A stretch of 64,000 bases of DNA, taken from assembly GCA_965285935.1 (NCBI GenBank), contig OZ260663.1:77252001-77316000 (forward strand), read 5' to 3'. The stretch is from Ophelia neglecta (lineage: Eukaryota). Position 1 is the first letter of the stretch, and the number at the start of each line of letters is the position of its first letter. Below the pieces are notes generated by a model, which had not been told where the DNA came from, ran no database searches, and saw nothing but the letters and a program-made list of their open reading frames with translations. Shown here in pieces: positions 24,391-39,300 of this stretch. The translations under genes were made by a program, and so were the position numbers.

Positions 24391-27300
24391 CTGAAGCAAG
24401 TGCAAATTGAGCGGAAATCAATACAACTGCCTCGAAATAGAACTGCATACCAAACGAAAGTGACAGGAGAGACCGTTGTCAACGTACTAAATAAGGTTAT
24501 GGCAGCCGACATTGTGATGTCCGGCATAAAGCCAGGAGCGATGAGTTATATCAAAAAAGAATTGACTAACGTGTTTTCTTGTCATCAAAACACTAGTTTG
24601 AGAGGCGTTTCCACATTATACCTTCATATTAACCCAGTTTAATGACTAGCTGTGCACATAGGCCTAATACCTATAGGCATTATGTTATAGTAATTAGGTA
24701 TAAATGTTCAGTATAAAGAGAGTGTATTAATAGCCGACCTGATATGTAGGTTGAGAGGCGTTGTTGATGAAACTCGTCATGATCTCCTTTGGCACTGCCA
24801 CTACGGATACTACTGCCGTCGTCACGGCGTTGCTGCAGTTCAGTGAACCGAGCCTTCTCCAAACGGCGGGACCGTTTCACCTTCTGCCTGATAAAAAAAG
24901 GACAAAACTTTGAAAACAGAGGGGTGTAATTTATTGTTAACGAATAAAACTTATTTCCATTGACTGAAAGAAGCTAGCCATTTCTTAAATTGTCTTCCGC
25001 CTTCCCGAGAAAAAAGTGTACCCGATGGCTTTTTTCATTATCTTCTTTGAGAAAGAAAATCTAGTTCCGGTTCGAATTGAACTTGGCTACAGTGCGAACT
25101 CTACTGAAGAAATAATGTAAGTACAACTTCATTTATAAGGAGACAACTGGCAGGAAAAATTGCTGGCCAAATCCCAAAAAAGGAATTGCTCAGAGTCTAA
25201 AGGCAAAGAGAAATGCAGATGTTTGGTGATCAGTTTAAGTCATGAATATGTAAAGAGAAACCCGTTCGCCAAGTGATCTTCGTGTAGCTGGCAGGTGTGG
25301 TAGTCTTTTGTTCCGGTCTTTGCCTGTTTTCTTCAGCACTTAAGTTTACATGTGCCTGGTGCCAGAAAAATGGCTTTCACGACTCTGTGCTTGATATTTG
25401 AGCTAGCGAAATGCATCAAGTGTATGCTTCAATTTAATTCAATTGTTAAATTAGAGGAGGACTGAATGCCCAGAGTTTTTTTGTCTCCACTAATATCGAT
25501 TATCAATAGGCCGAAAAAATAGGACCAAATACAAGATACAATAATAGATTTTAGTTTGTTCAATGAAAATTTCCTTGGCGAAAGTAATACCGAAATGAAC
25601 TTCTTGTTCAGACAGAAACTAGAGTGCAGGTGTTTGGACAATGTCTGAGGTGTATGTAAAAAAGCCATTAATAACTCTAATTTATTAGGGTCAACTCTAA
25701 TTAAAAATATTTATTGTAGTCCGATTTATAGGTTCCTACTACCTGACTAGATAAAATGTTGAGAGTTAAGAACAGCTGTGCTTTGAGTAGATGTCGGATA
25801 TGTAAAATGACTGGCTTGTCCGGTTATTTGATTTGATTTGATTTGATTTCTTTATTCCTCCTTAGTAGGAGAGTTACAAATGAACAAAATTAATACGTTA
25901 CTATGTACAATAATTCACACATGACATAAAACAAAAGACAATTAAATTTAAGTATATTGTTGTACATTCGACACCGTTTATACATGTACAACCCATTTAT
26001 CATATATCACATATTGAAGGCCCATCACACTCAATTTGTACCCTCAACTACTGCCAATGTCTTATGCATTGACAAGCTTGTTCTTACGAGCTTGGTATAA
26101 ACTATAAATCTGAGAGGCGACAGCGCTGGCTGACTCCCCATCTCCCGCCAGGAGCCATTGCATAATGTCTGGGAAGGACCTGGTGTGGCTAGGGATCAAC
26201 CCGCGAATACCACTCCTGTCTACCTCCAACACAGGACACACTAACAGGAAATGCTTTGCATCTTCTACTTCAGAGCGACATAGTCTACAGAGCCTTGCAC
26301 CCCGTGGGATGTTCTCATATCGTCCCCTTGTCACTTCCAGATCCGAGTCCTCCAAAACCAGTTTCACCATGACTCGACACGCTGATAGCGCCGCGGGAAA
26401 TTTCAAAGACAATTTCCACCATCTGCTCATTTCCAATGAACCCCCTATCTTCCAAAACGTCTTTGCGCCAGGAAACACAAGGCAGGCTGCTCCGAGGTGT
26501 TGTCCCGTAGCGTAGGCAATGGCATGCTTCACTTGCCGTTTCCACTGCAATTTGGAGGGGATCGCACCTCGATAAATGGAGTCGTGTAGCAGATGGGACA
26601 GCCGAAACTTATGGCATGTGTCGATCATCGATGAAATCGGACCCGAACTGGATGGTTTAGCTTGTCCCAAATCATCTTCTATTACCCTGTATGTAACCAT
26701 GGTTCGTAATTGGGAACCAGGAGCGGCGCTCAACACACTATGTAGCAAGATTAACCGAAGGTAATCCAGCTCACACTCCAGTGGCCACCATCCTAGTGTA
26801 GCATAGCTTAGCGGCCCAGCTATATTTGCGGAGATACGCTGAAACCGTTTCCCGGCCTGTTTGTGAGCTCTCTCCAATCTATCAGTGTCGACCGAGCGAA
26901 GTTTAACCAGCTCAAGTCCGTACAGAAGACTCGGCATGACAATACTCTTGTAAAGTTTACTGGCCACCGCTGGCTGGACACCGTGGGCTGTGCTCCCGAC
27001 ACCAAACATAGCGTTTGTCTTCCTTCTCGCAGCAGACACTCTCGTCTCTATTACCTCACTGACGTAAGCGGGCGACGGAGACAGGGGAATACCAACGTGA
27101 CCACACCCTTGCGAGGGATTGACTTCCTGGTCACCTATCCGTAACGGGCGGTGGACGTTGGTTCTCTCTGCGGGAGGATGAAAAACCATATATACAGATT
27201 TACTGGGATTAAAGGAGAATCTCCAGCGTCGACTATATTCCAGGGTCGCATCCATCAACTTCTGTAGGTTGTTCAAAAACAAGGCCATGAGGGTTATGTC

Positions 27301-30300
27301 ATCTGCGTACGTCGGATTGCTGCAGGATGAGTGGAGGATTTGTGTCCCAACGTGCATCGCCTCCAAGGAGTTCAGCAGCTCGGCGCTGTAGACCTGATAT
27401 AGTCTTGGCGAGAACTTGCCTCCCTGGAACACCCCTTGCTTGATATCAAACCACTCCGATAGCATGGGCCCGATTCGTACCGCACATCTAAAGTTCATGT
27501 ACCAGAGCCGGAGCAGCCTCCACAGTTTCGCATTGATGCCCTTCTGGAAAAGTTTGAAAAACAACCCGTCAATCCAGACCCTATCGAAGGCCTTCCGAGT
27601 GTCTAACGATACAGCGTGCACGGAGCTTCCGCGGTCGTTATTGTAGGCTATGACCTCACGTACCAACAAAGACGCGTGTTTACTGGAGCATCCCTTAAAG
27701 GCGGCAACCTGTAGTCTCCCGAGGCGGTCGTTAGAAAGGAGCCAATCGTCACATCTGGCAAGCAAGGCGCCTTCGAACAGCTTGCAGAAAATAGTTAACA
27801 GTGTAATTTTCCTGTAGCTGTCCTTCTTGGTGGCATCTTTTCCTCCCCCTTTAAAAAAGGGTATGGCAATGCCTCTACGGAATGAGTCCGGAATGTATTC
27901 GTGCCTCACAATGCTGTTTAAAAGCACCGTTAATGCCACCGCGGTCAGTTTCCCACCGTAGTGGACGTGTTCAGGATCCACTTGATCGTGGCCCCCAGCC
28001 TTGTTGCACTTGACTTCTCTCATCAGGTGCATGGTCTCCTCTGGAGTGTATGGCTGAGTGAGAAATGGGCAAGTGTTGTACAATGACTGTTTTTCCATCT
28101 GGACTACATCACGCTCGACCCTGGCTTTAAACGCGCTATCGAACTCCTGGTCATTCGAGGGTGTGGCTAAGTCTTTAAAATACCTCCTCCACTCCTCACA
28201 CACTCCTTCCGCCGATACGATCCGTTCACCTACGTCCGAGTGTATAGGGTTTACTCGCGGTCCTTGAGGAGCTTTTCTTCGTTTGTTTACCAAAAACCAG
28301 AAGTACCTTTGGTCAACCTCATGTGATTCACACAAAGTTACTTGTTCATTGTGCTCATACTGGAACTCAGCTTGCCTTCTTTCCCGCCGGTACAGTCGCT
28401 TAGCTTCTTTGTACTCACGGTAAAGGGTGTTGTTCACATCTCGAGGTCTACCGGCAGCGTCCCACTCCCATTTCTTCCCGATGTTTTTGCGTTTAGCCTC
28501 CTTTAATGTCTGACTCCAATAAGGCTTAAGGTAGGGCTTGTAGCTTGATCGGGGCAAGTTTCTCTCGGACACGCCGCACATCACTCTCGCTAGGTCCTCG
28601 GCAAAGCTAGATATTGTTAAGGGAGCAATGACAAGCTCGTGCAAATTGCCTGAAAATGAGTAATCGCTGTAGCTATGAAGCATGTCGGCTATCTCTTGCT
28701 GTAGTGGTTCCGTGTATAAGTGGTTAACAGTCTCAGGGGTCATCTTGTGCCATCGTGTTTTCGGCTGACTGGTTAGGTGACGATTGACATGGGTGAGGCT
28801 ATTAATTGACAAAGACATTTGCAAGGGCAAGTGGTCCGAACTGTTTTCAACACAATTATTAACAACACACATGGATTGAATCATTTGTACCATAGAATTA
28901 GAAATTACACAGTGGTCGATATATGACATTCTGCCAACGCTGTTACAAAAGGTGTAAGTTGGCCCTGAACATAACTCAGTTAAATCTGCTATAGACAGTG
29001 ACAGCTCGTTACATAAATTTCGCAGAGCGTTACCATTTTTGTTTGTTGTTCCCCAACCCCTAGGACCACATTCCGGGCCGAGATGAGCATTAAAGTCCCC
29101 CATCAATACAACAGGTCCCTTCTCACGGTAACGACAAGTGATTTCATATAATTCATCAAATACATCATCAGAATTGCTGATTTTACAACTGTCATACGGC
29201 ACATACACACATATAATATAAATAGCTTGTTTCCCACAACTCACACGTACACCAACCAGCCTATCTGAGAAGGTATCAATCACAGTTGATCATATGCCTA
29301 TCCTAGTTAAAAGCAATAAGCAGAAATAACATCTGGATGCATGGTAACTCCTTTGAGAAGTGTATAGGTGATAGATTGAAGAGAGAAGGAGCGTTTTCGT
29401 GTGATCCAGTAACTAAGCTTGTAGCACTTTTCTCCTGCTTTATCAAATAAACCAAATACGATTAAAAGGTACCTCCTTACATCTTAATGCGATAGCTTAC
29501 AATTCGGAGAAAGTAATGTATCTTGCTGAAGTACTGGCTGGCCTTACACAAGACTCCCAATTCAGCACCGTGCTTATAGTAAGGCCAATATTGTCACCAC
29601 GCCAGCAAATGATTGTGTTTTCTGGATTATATGGAATGTCATAAAAGGATTTCTGGACATTTAACGCATGCGCATTACTGTGAATTTGCTCGTCACTGAT
29701 AATCTGCAAGACAACTAGGCCGCCGCATAAATGCAAAAAAACAGAGTGCTAGCCAATCAGAGCCGTGTTAGACGCTATAGGCCTATAGCGAATTTATAAA
29801 TGTAAAAACATAACCTCATGTAAGCCTACACAGAGATAAAAAGGCATATTAAAAATATTCGTAGCTGCGATACATTCCTGATGAAGCACATTAGTACCCG
29901 ATGCCATTATAAAAGGCCTAGCTAAGAACGGAAAATTTCGAGAATCTGACGAGTGAGTTTAAAAGCGATGGGGAAGGGAGAGGCATAATTATAAATTTGT
30001 CAGAGTGTCCAACGCTTCTGTTTTCTTTTTCATACATTAGTAAGTCTATGTTCTAAGCGTGGTAGCTTCCGCGATGATAGAGGGACGCGCGACAATGCAT
30101 CGAACTTGATATAGCCTATCAATGCAGTGAAAGGTTCGAGTCCGCTATAAACTGGCAGTATCTTTTCTCAGTTTTAAACACTTAATATGTATGTCGAATG
30201 ATTAACAAAAATTCCCGCGGGCAGGTGCCGTTATGGGATGTTGTTGTTCTGATATGTCCCGTTCGTAGCTAGCTACAGGCCTCTTATAATGGCATATATC

Positions 30301-33300
30301 CTAATAGGCTTCGTCAGGAATATATCACGGCTGAGACACAGTACAAAACTGCACTTTCAAATTTCTTTAGGTATACATACATATTGAATATCATGTTCTT
30401 TCGTTTACCGAATTACATTGCTTATTTTCCTTGCCCCTTGCTACTCAAATCCAAAGATCAGGTGATCAGTAGGCATGCATGTCTACCTGCTCCATGCATG
30501 GATGGACACACGAAGGCCTACGTTCGCAGCGAGGTGTCATAAAAAACCTTTTTAATACAGTAGATCTGTTATTACTTATGTTAGACTGGTAGCATTTCAA
30601 ACGCTGACACTAAGTTTGTGCTTGTAGAATTTACAATTTTCGCCGTCGTCTTTACTAGTTCAGTCGTACAGTGATCTAGGCCTATGTCATGAACTTTGAC
30701 CTCGGTCTAGCCCAGCTCTGATTGGCAAGCACGTCTCGCTCTGAACAAATATGCATTGACGGAGTGAAGTGGTGATTTCACAGATTATCCGTGACGAGCA
30801 GATTCGCAGTAAATTGGAGTCGCCTTGATACCTTCTCCATGCATTTAGGCATTCATGGGTGTGATCATGTCGTCGACATTCTTACCAGAAAAAAAACCTT
30901 CGGATTAATTGGAAAACTAAATTGTCGGAAAGATTTGCAATATAATTTATGTATTATGTATTACAAAAAAGTGGCCTCGTTGTCGATCCCTCGAGCGAGT
31001 AATCTTAAACTCCTCAATAAAAAGGATGGGTTCCGGTAAAATTATAGTTTACTGATTTGGAGATAATTCCTAGCTACACCCCTACGTCTATCGTTCTTAC
31101 GATTCAGACTTTCACACACACCGGAGCAAGGGTTTGCGCCCCGTAGTAAATGACCACCCCCTGAAAGGCATGGACGAACCTAAAAAGATGCTTGACCTGC
31201 TTACGGATTAAATGAAACAGCCCATTCAATAATTAGGTGGGTGTGAACCTATTACTCATACCAACCGAAAACAAAATAACCAACAAATTATTTGGGCGGG
31301 TGATGAGAATTAAAAATGAACTCACCATTCAGCACATATGAGGGCTACCAGTAGTATGATGAATCCGAAAATTCCAGCCAGGCCTCCGATGATAACAACT
31401 GACACACCTGCGGAAAAAAACTCATTAACTATTGGACGATTTATGGATTGCTCTGTTTCCTTTTACTTAACGAGCGAAATTCTAGAACAATTATAACACT
31501 TCTTTGACAGGGTAATCTATTAAAGATCACATCCTTGGCAGTGTAACACTGCAAAAATTATACCTAATTTCCCAGCTCTATTTCAAAAACATTCAGTCAT
31601 ATGTAAACTTACATATAGGCGTGTACCGTTAACATTAGAAGCGAATGAATATTTTAGTGTAAATGTGTCCAAGTTGGAAGTATGTTTCAATGTTTTGACA
31701 AGTGAAAAGGTCACAATGCCCGTCATAAGACAGTGATGAAATAAAGTCTGCTTCCTGGGATTAATAAACCCGGAAAGTATCATCTATCGGAAGTCATTGT
31801 GGTCTGACATATTAACCGGTTGATAGGTAACATCCGTCACCGCCGGATGAGGTAGTTAACAGCTGCCATTACCATATACATGATGAACCATCTTGCTGCA
31901 ATTATTATATCATGATAAATTGTACTGCTCCTAGGCCAAGCCCTACAGCTAATGCATAATTAATACATATAATGGTGGGGGTTTACTAGATATCAACTCA
32001 TGACTCCAAATAATTACATAACACTCTGCCTCTATCATCGTACCGCAGCGACTGTTGTGAGGGTTCTTATTAACGTTTGGGATCAGTAGGACATTGAGTG
32101 TTGATTTCGACCTATATCTAAATGCAATGAAGATGTCTTGTGGTTAGAGCTTCAAGTTGTGTCACATGTCTATGTAAAAGCATGCCAATATCGGTTAGAG
32201 TTACAGCCTCTTAGTGTGCTTGAAAGCGACTTTGCGGTTATTAAATTGTGCACTTTTTAGGTCCGATTACATGGTTTTGGGTGTTTACCGACTTCCGTAC
32301 GTCGTCCTCAAATTAAGCCTACTTCGGCTGAAGTGGATTTTAATGTGCTAGTGGGAACCTCTATCTTCACGCCTCGATAGACGTTTTCTGTTGAAGGATA
32401 TCTCGTAGGATCTCGAACCTTTTTTGTTAGTCCTTAATGACTAAATGTTGACAAGTTCTAAAGCTTTTAAATCATAATTTGCTGACTTGCAATGCTTAGT
32501 TTTAATGCTTATGATGGTATATGCAAACAAGAATAATGAGACGATAAAACTTTGTATTATGGTTAAAAACTATTAAGATAACTACTATCAAAAGATAATA
32601 ACCCACTTCACTGATATGAGAAATGTAGTATTTCCAATTTTATGCAAACTCATTCATCGACTACTTCCATAGATATTGATCTTTGGGACGCTGTCAATAA
32701 AATGACCTTTATTGGATAGTCGTAACCAAAGTAGTATTGTCATTTCTAAAAAGCAGATACCTATTATATCAAAACAGGCACATTACTTTTCTCCTACGGC
32801 GTTCATAAGGCCATTTGACTAAATGCTTGGTAAAATGCTATTATAACGATTTCGTCATCGGCAAAGGTTATACAAAATATGGTGTCCCTAACAATTGCCA
32901 ATGAGTGATTGGTGTAAAGAAAAGGAGACGTAGCCAATTGTATGAAACTTGTGCATCAAATTTGCCATTGAAAAAAAACCTGATTGAGTTATTTCATAGT
33001 TATAAATCACCAACAAATTTCATAAGGTAATAATTTATGAACAAAGTGAACCCATTTGTTTCTGAACGTTCCCGCCTTAGCCGTAAGGTAGATTACGTAT
33101 ATGTAGTTTACATATCGGCTATATGCGTGGACAAGAAAACCTGCCAATGGCTTCGGCACTACATTTTCTTTTACTTCCGGACTCCGGTCTTTAATAAAAG
33201 ACACACGTGTTTCACCATGTGACCTACTTTAGTTGCCAAGCTGGAGGAGATTGGAATTCTGACATGTCAGTGCTGTGCCACATTAAGTAAAACCCCATGG

Positions 33301-36300
33301 TGTGCTAAATGTCCTCTCAGATAAGCCTCCTCAAGGCGGCTTTCGCCAAATAATGTCACCAGGTGTTTCCGGGTCTTCCCGCCAATCCATTTGCAGACGA
33401 CAGCAATAGGTCAGATTGTGCCTCATGCTGTATCAGGCGGGTGGCTGTATGTCAGCTCTCAACAGATAGGGGTACAAGTCAACTAGGGTAACCCTGCAAG
33501 ACAGTGACATACTCGGGAAAGTCAGAATGCGAGATCACCTATCAGGACATTGCCTGCCCGTGGTACACTGACAGTACTCCTGTGATGACCACATTGTCTG
33601 AGTAATCCCATCTCCGCTTGTTACTACACAATCATGCATAGTGCTCGTGAGCACCATTTCCTGCTGGTCGGACACCTTTCATGCCATACCCAATACGTTC
33701 CAAGTTTTGGGACATTCATTAACACATTTTTTCAGGAAGCAAGCGTCAGGAAGTTAGATCGATCTACCTACTGTAAGGAAGTGATATGGATCCCCACAGC
33801 AACATGGCTCCCGACGAGTTCACCTCTGCCCCTGGAGAAACACAAAGACATTTCTTTATCTGATCAGAAGTATATAGTAGATAGGACCTTTCAATCTTAT
33901 AAAGATTATAATTTAGACACTTAAGAATATTACTACTTACATTGAATCAGATTTGTTTGTTCTTACATGCAGTGGAATAAGCACACTGTATTGGACCTAT
34001 TGTAAAACACAATAAATGTCCAGCCCTTGTCGAAAGTAGGCTCTCCATTTGCTCAATAGTCTAATCAATTGCCGGGCCGTATTACCACAGCTCCAACACG
34101 GGGATGTACATTCTGTCTGTTTACTGGCACCGAAGCCCTTTGCGTCCAAACCCATTATTTACTGCGGTGATAAGTCTAAGTACAAGACACAGTTTTTATT
34201 GCCCTGGGGAGAAGTGGTGGAGCCCCAAGGGGATACATCTCACACATGCAGGATAACCTAATTATAACACAGGTCATAGAATGTCAGCAGAATAGCTTTT
34301 AGGACTGTTTATAACTACAAAGATGTTAGACAAGCTTCCCATGGATCGGTCCCTTGATCTGGCCATGTATATATAAAACAACTTATTTAAAAGCGGAAGA
34401 AGCGCTACAAGTGCATGTACGCCCCCCCCCCCCCCCCCAACCAATTGTAATACCACCTTTTCATGAGGGTGGTTCCAGAAATTGTCCTTTTGGGGGAGGC
34501 AACTTTTTTCCGACTCCCCCCCCCCCCTCTTCAAAACAAACTGTTTCAAAGAACCACCATACCCAGGATACAATTTCTTTTAAAAGTCCACCTCCCCGAC
34601 ATGCTCCCCCCCCCCCTCCCAAGAGCTGGTCCTACATTTCCGGAAGCAAATTATCCAGACACCCAACCCAAAGGAATGCTTTTAGGGGAAAGCCGCACCC
34701 TATACAAAAGACAATATATTTCCCCGTTTGAAGGTACAGTTCCCTTACTGTAATAAACGTACATAGCCAAAACCAAACCGACCGAGTCGGCAATGGTTAC
34801 CATCAATAGATCATAGGATTAAGGTAGCCATTGCCGGTTTGACCCTTATTTATTGCCCGTTTGCCTATGCTGCGCTGTCGGGTTTGCGTATTGCCACTTT
34901 GGTTGTGGCCGGGTGCGCTTGTTTCCGGTTTGACTGAAAAGCCATCAATTTTCCCCGTGTCACTAGACCTACAACATGGCCATCGTTGTACTGAATGTCA
35001 CGTGTATCCCCTTCTACTAAAGACGTCATTTTGACTTAACTTGAACTTAAAGATTTTTATTTTACCCCCCCCCCACCCCCCCCATACCCTGGACAGGGAA
35101 GTCGTTGCCACCACACCCTTCTCCACCCCCACCCCCCTGTTTAACATTTTGCAGACATAAATTAATAATAATAATAAGCCAGTGCATCAGATTGAGCGCA
35201 GAAGAGCCTGGGGGATGAAATATATTTCATTTATATTCAGCTACATTGTTATATTTTTAAGTTATACTTTCTCATTAATAAATTATGCATAGGTATTTGA
35301 TTTCATAGGATAGTTAGCGGCGGAGCATTTGAGAGTGGTAGGCGTAATGAGAAAAAAAAGTTCTGCACCCTCTCAAAGAATACAAAAATACCGACGACAG
35401 TGAGTTGCATTAGGAGTATCAGGGAAATATACGATTTTATTCTTAATACGGGGAATATGATGAATAAATAATACTGGGCACTTGATTACCTCTGACGTGT
35501 GCCGAGCAGTTGAGGAGGGCTCCGACCCACTGGGTTCCCTCACAGTACATGGGCCATGACCAGTCCGAGTGGTTACATCCCATGATCACCCCATTCGAGC
35601 TGCGCTCAACCCAGCCATGAGCAGGTGGCTTCGGACGAGGACAGCCGATAGCTGGAACATAAAAAATGTTAATGTAAGAGATGGTGTTACGAAATAGAGT
35701 CAGACGTGATGTTTGACCTGATTGTTATAAACAGCGCTCCATTGAACCATCCTAATATGGTTGCATCACTAGTTGCAGGGCTGGACGATTATTTTCGAAC
35801 ATCTTTAAATGCAAAAACAAGTTTTCTGAAGAAGAATAGACATTTTTTCTTCTTCAGAAGTTGAGAATAAAAACGTTTTTCTCTCTCCACATACGGCTGG
35901 CAATCTTTTTTCCTCACATATCATCTAGCACAACCCCCCCCCTCCCCCCCCCACATACACACACAGACCACTCTAACGGTGCGTCCCTTACGCAAATGGG
36001 ATGATGCTCGGGTCATGCCTCTGAGCTGGCATGCACAAGCGTTATACATGACTCTTTTTGATATCGCGTTAAGCAAGCAGATGAAAGGATAGTATGTTTC
36101 TATTGATTAGTCTTGACAATGATCGATATTATTACTATATAGCGACTATATAGCCGGAAATACAAGAAGTACCCTAGTAAAAAGTACTCAAGATCCCCTC
36201 GGGACCGAGTGAACAAGCCCGAAACCCGAAATTTACCATAATTAATATCGATGACATGATCACGCCAAACTGACACGGAGATGGATGGCCCCATTCCAGC

Positions 36301-39300
36301 TGTCTAACCACTGTTCAGAGGGTATCACATCTCGACAGTGTCATCAAAAGGCTCGCATATCTGCTGCAGCAGACGATGGACCTGTTTGGCACACAGGAGC
36401 CCTGGTTAGACACAGCCATATCGACCAGTGAGCTATCACTGAGCCGGGTGGCTGGGATAAACAGAACTACTACAACCACCCTTATCTCTGGTAAGTGGTG
36501 CAGCTTGCTTTGCTGGGCGCCTTAACCTACTTTAGCTATTACTCCGAATTTTCCTCCACGTTTTTTCTAGTAGATAAAAAAAAACTGTCAGACGACAATT
36601 ATCTTCCATTATGAATATGTAGTCTCAACAGGCTGAAAAAATTGTAAGTATTTTTGCAGATGCACGTGTTCAGTCACAATAAAGCATGAATGGTTCACTT
36701 TACTAGTTAACATTTTATTGTACTATCGCGAAGACTTAAACCCCTTTGCCCTTTATTATGCAAGGTACCCTCTTCGGTAATGTGTTTATTAAGACAATTT
36801 AATCTGTAATCTGTTGTATGCCAAATCTATGAGAGAGCATAGGCCGCCATAGGTTCTCCTTGGGCATAGTTCATCTCTGTTCTACGCTGACAATTGAGTT
36901 GTTTGCTTTGTGCTCTGACTGGAATCATAGACAAAACTATTTGAACACTTCTCATTGCACATGAAATCAATTGTGTGTTTTCATTTTTATATTTGCATTA
37001 CACATTTATTTACTGTTTTGGAGCTAGGGATTTGTGTATGTGGGCCCGAGACTGCAGGTTCCAGGTGATTTTTGGCCGATTTAATGGAATATTCTTGATA
37101 AGTGAATTTACTTTGTCTGCTGGGTATGCACTCCCATTGTTTTACATTTGAAGCGTAGTATCTAATGATCCCCTCCTCTAACCGTTGAGAAGGCTAGGGA
37201 GAGATTATATCAACCGGTAACACCGCTTAAACCATTTCATGCGTTGCACATTAGTACCCAAATTTCAATTGGGCAAGTAAGGCGGATTCTTTTAATTTCG
37301 AAAAGCGTATTTAGTCGGAAAAACATCTCTTGCATTGTTTTTGTGCTGGGTATTTAAACGTGGTTTATGACTACATACAACTGAGTTTTCTTAGAAGGCT
37401 TCTTATGCACGCAGACAGCTTACCCGTCTTAAGAAAGAGCAGGTATCTACCGAAGCAGTCTACTTTTATATGTGTTTTATTCAGTGGGCTCAGCTGTTGA
37501 TGCCCTGGCGTAGCCATTAAAACATACCCTGGACCTTCCAGCTCAAGGTACTGCTCCCATGGGGCTACCTTGGGTATAGGATGTGTTGCAATTTATCTGC
37601 TCAAAATAAACAGGATTTGCTGACTGAAGACGATTGCATTATGGGACCTCTTTTACCAGTTGATACCAGAGGAAGTGATTTCAGCCTTTCTTACAATCTC
37701 TGTGTTTTTCTGATCGATGGTGTTTTGGTGAAGATCATCAATCTTGTGAAAAACATACCAAGTACATCAGAGAAAAATAGTGCAAGGCTTTCTAAATACG
37801 AAACTAATCTTAGATTAGTCGCGGACTTTTTCCCCAAGCTAACCAATCAATGTCCGTCCTTAACAAGAAATCCTGATCCTGAATATTGTAGCCAGCTTGA
37901 GATCTACAAATCAGCTTGAAGTGCAGTTACAAATTAGTTCAGTACTCTCACAATGATTGTTTTCTATGCATTGTAAAACCTGTCTTCCAAGGAGGTGTTT
38001 TAAGTATAATTAATTGATTCAATTAAAGCAACCTTGTGTATAAGGCCTCTGAGACCTGAAGTAGACAATCTCTGGCCATGAACTTCAAATACAAATTTGG
38101 AATGCGATTGAAATATCCTTTCATCAGCTCTCGGAGGTCTCCATGACAAGTAAACTACTCTGTCGGAGAAGGCTGCTTGGTGTATAGGTTGTCCGATCAA
38201 GTTACACCGTTGGACAATTTTTGAATATGATTGCCGACTGGGAATGCTATTGTTCAGAAGTGTAAGTTGTCGACAGTGAGCCGTTGACGCTGTATAAACC
38301 TAACAGAGTTTGTTTGTAGGAGTGTAGTAAGGATCAATTTTCTTATTAAGACTACTACTACTTACAAGTCAGACAGGTCAATAACATAAATCAGGACGCT
38401 CACACTATTTAAACTGCATATTTCAAAAAACGTGTTAGGAACTGAAAGGCCGAACGTGTAAGAAAAAGTTCTGTCCTAATTATTGCAATTACAATGAAAC
38501 CGTAGTTTGTTATGAGGAGCAACTGTAGTATATTAACAATTGACCACTCTGGTTAGATGAGTTTCTCATCAAGATAACCCCTTCAGAGGGGTTATCCTTT
38601 TGAGGTGTGTTTCTTTTGTATGGATTACCCCTTTAGAGGGGCAAATTAACCCCTTTCCCCTTAAGCTTGCCTGTAAACGTGGCTGCCTTGAGATCCAAAG
38701 GTCTCCAGTCCAAATCCCGCTGGGACATCCGGCGGTTACATATAAAGTACATCAATGCTGCAGGGAGTGCAGCTTGCGCTGCTGCAGGTGCCCCCTGAGC
38801 GAGCTCAATGTCACAGTATAGGAGATTACTCACACCATCATGCACACTAAAGTAAGGGCTGGCAAACATTTTATCAATCTCACTCTCATATCATTCTCAT
38901 TTCTCAGTATATAAATGAACCAAAAAAATCCAAGCAATTTGGATCTAATTGAATTATTCATACAGTTGGTTTCAGCCTACAAAAAAAAAAAATCGGACGT
39001 TGACAACCTCCGTCGTTCTCGGCTGGTTGCTTCATAATTAACAAATCAAAGTTATCTCAAATGGAAGTAAAGAGATTTACATGTTTATTGAGTGTTGCTT
39101 ATAATAACCATTATAAAGTACTTTGAAAAATATCTGTCTACCTGATCGCATTACAATGCCAAGGAAATTTGAGACGAAATGAGCTCAGATGAACTAGCTT
39201 ATATGCATACTCCCTATTCTTTAACCAAAGGCAAATTTTCGGACGATTTATACTGTAACATTCTGTAGAAACCAGAGCCCCCCCCCCCCCCCCCCCCCCG

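Noticed and set aside
26165-28267. Plus-strand short ORFs within the LINE
   Set aside because: Antisense shadows of ORF2.
30055-30155. Possible tRNA gene
   Set aside because: Only a B-box is evident; acceptor and anticodon stems could not be folded.
34274-34753. Proline/glycine-rich ORFs
   Set aside because: Produced by poly-C tracts in repeat-like intronic DNA; no splice or domain support.
38633-38869. Ala-rich minus-strand ORF as an extra receptor exon
   Set aside because: No convincing splice sites or domain pattern found.
39277-39299. Long poly-C/poly-G tracts (also ~8605, 12822, 13627, 20817, 34422, 43201, 44060) as functional G-quadruplex sites
   Set aside because: Scattered throughout non-coding DNA with no positional pattern; likely a genome-wide compositional trait.
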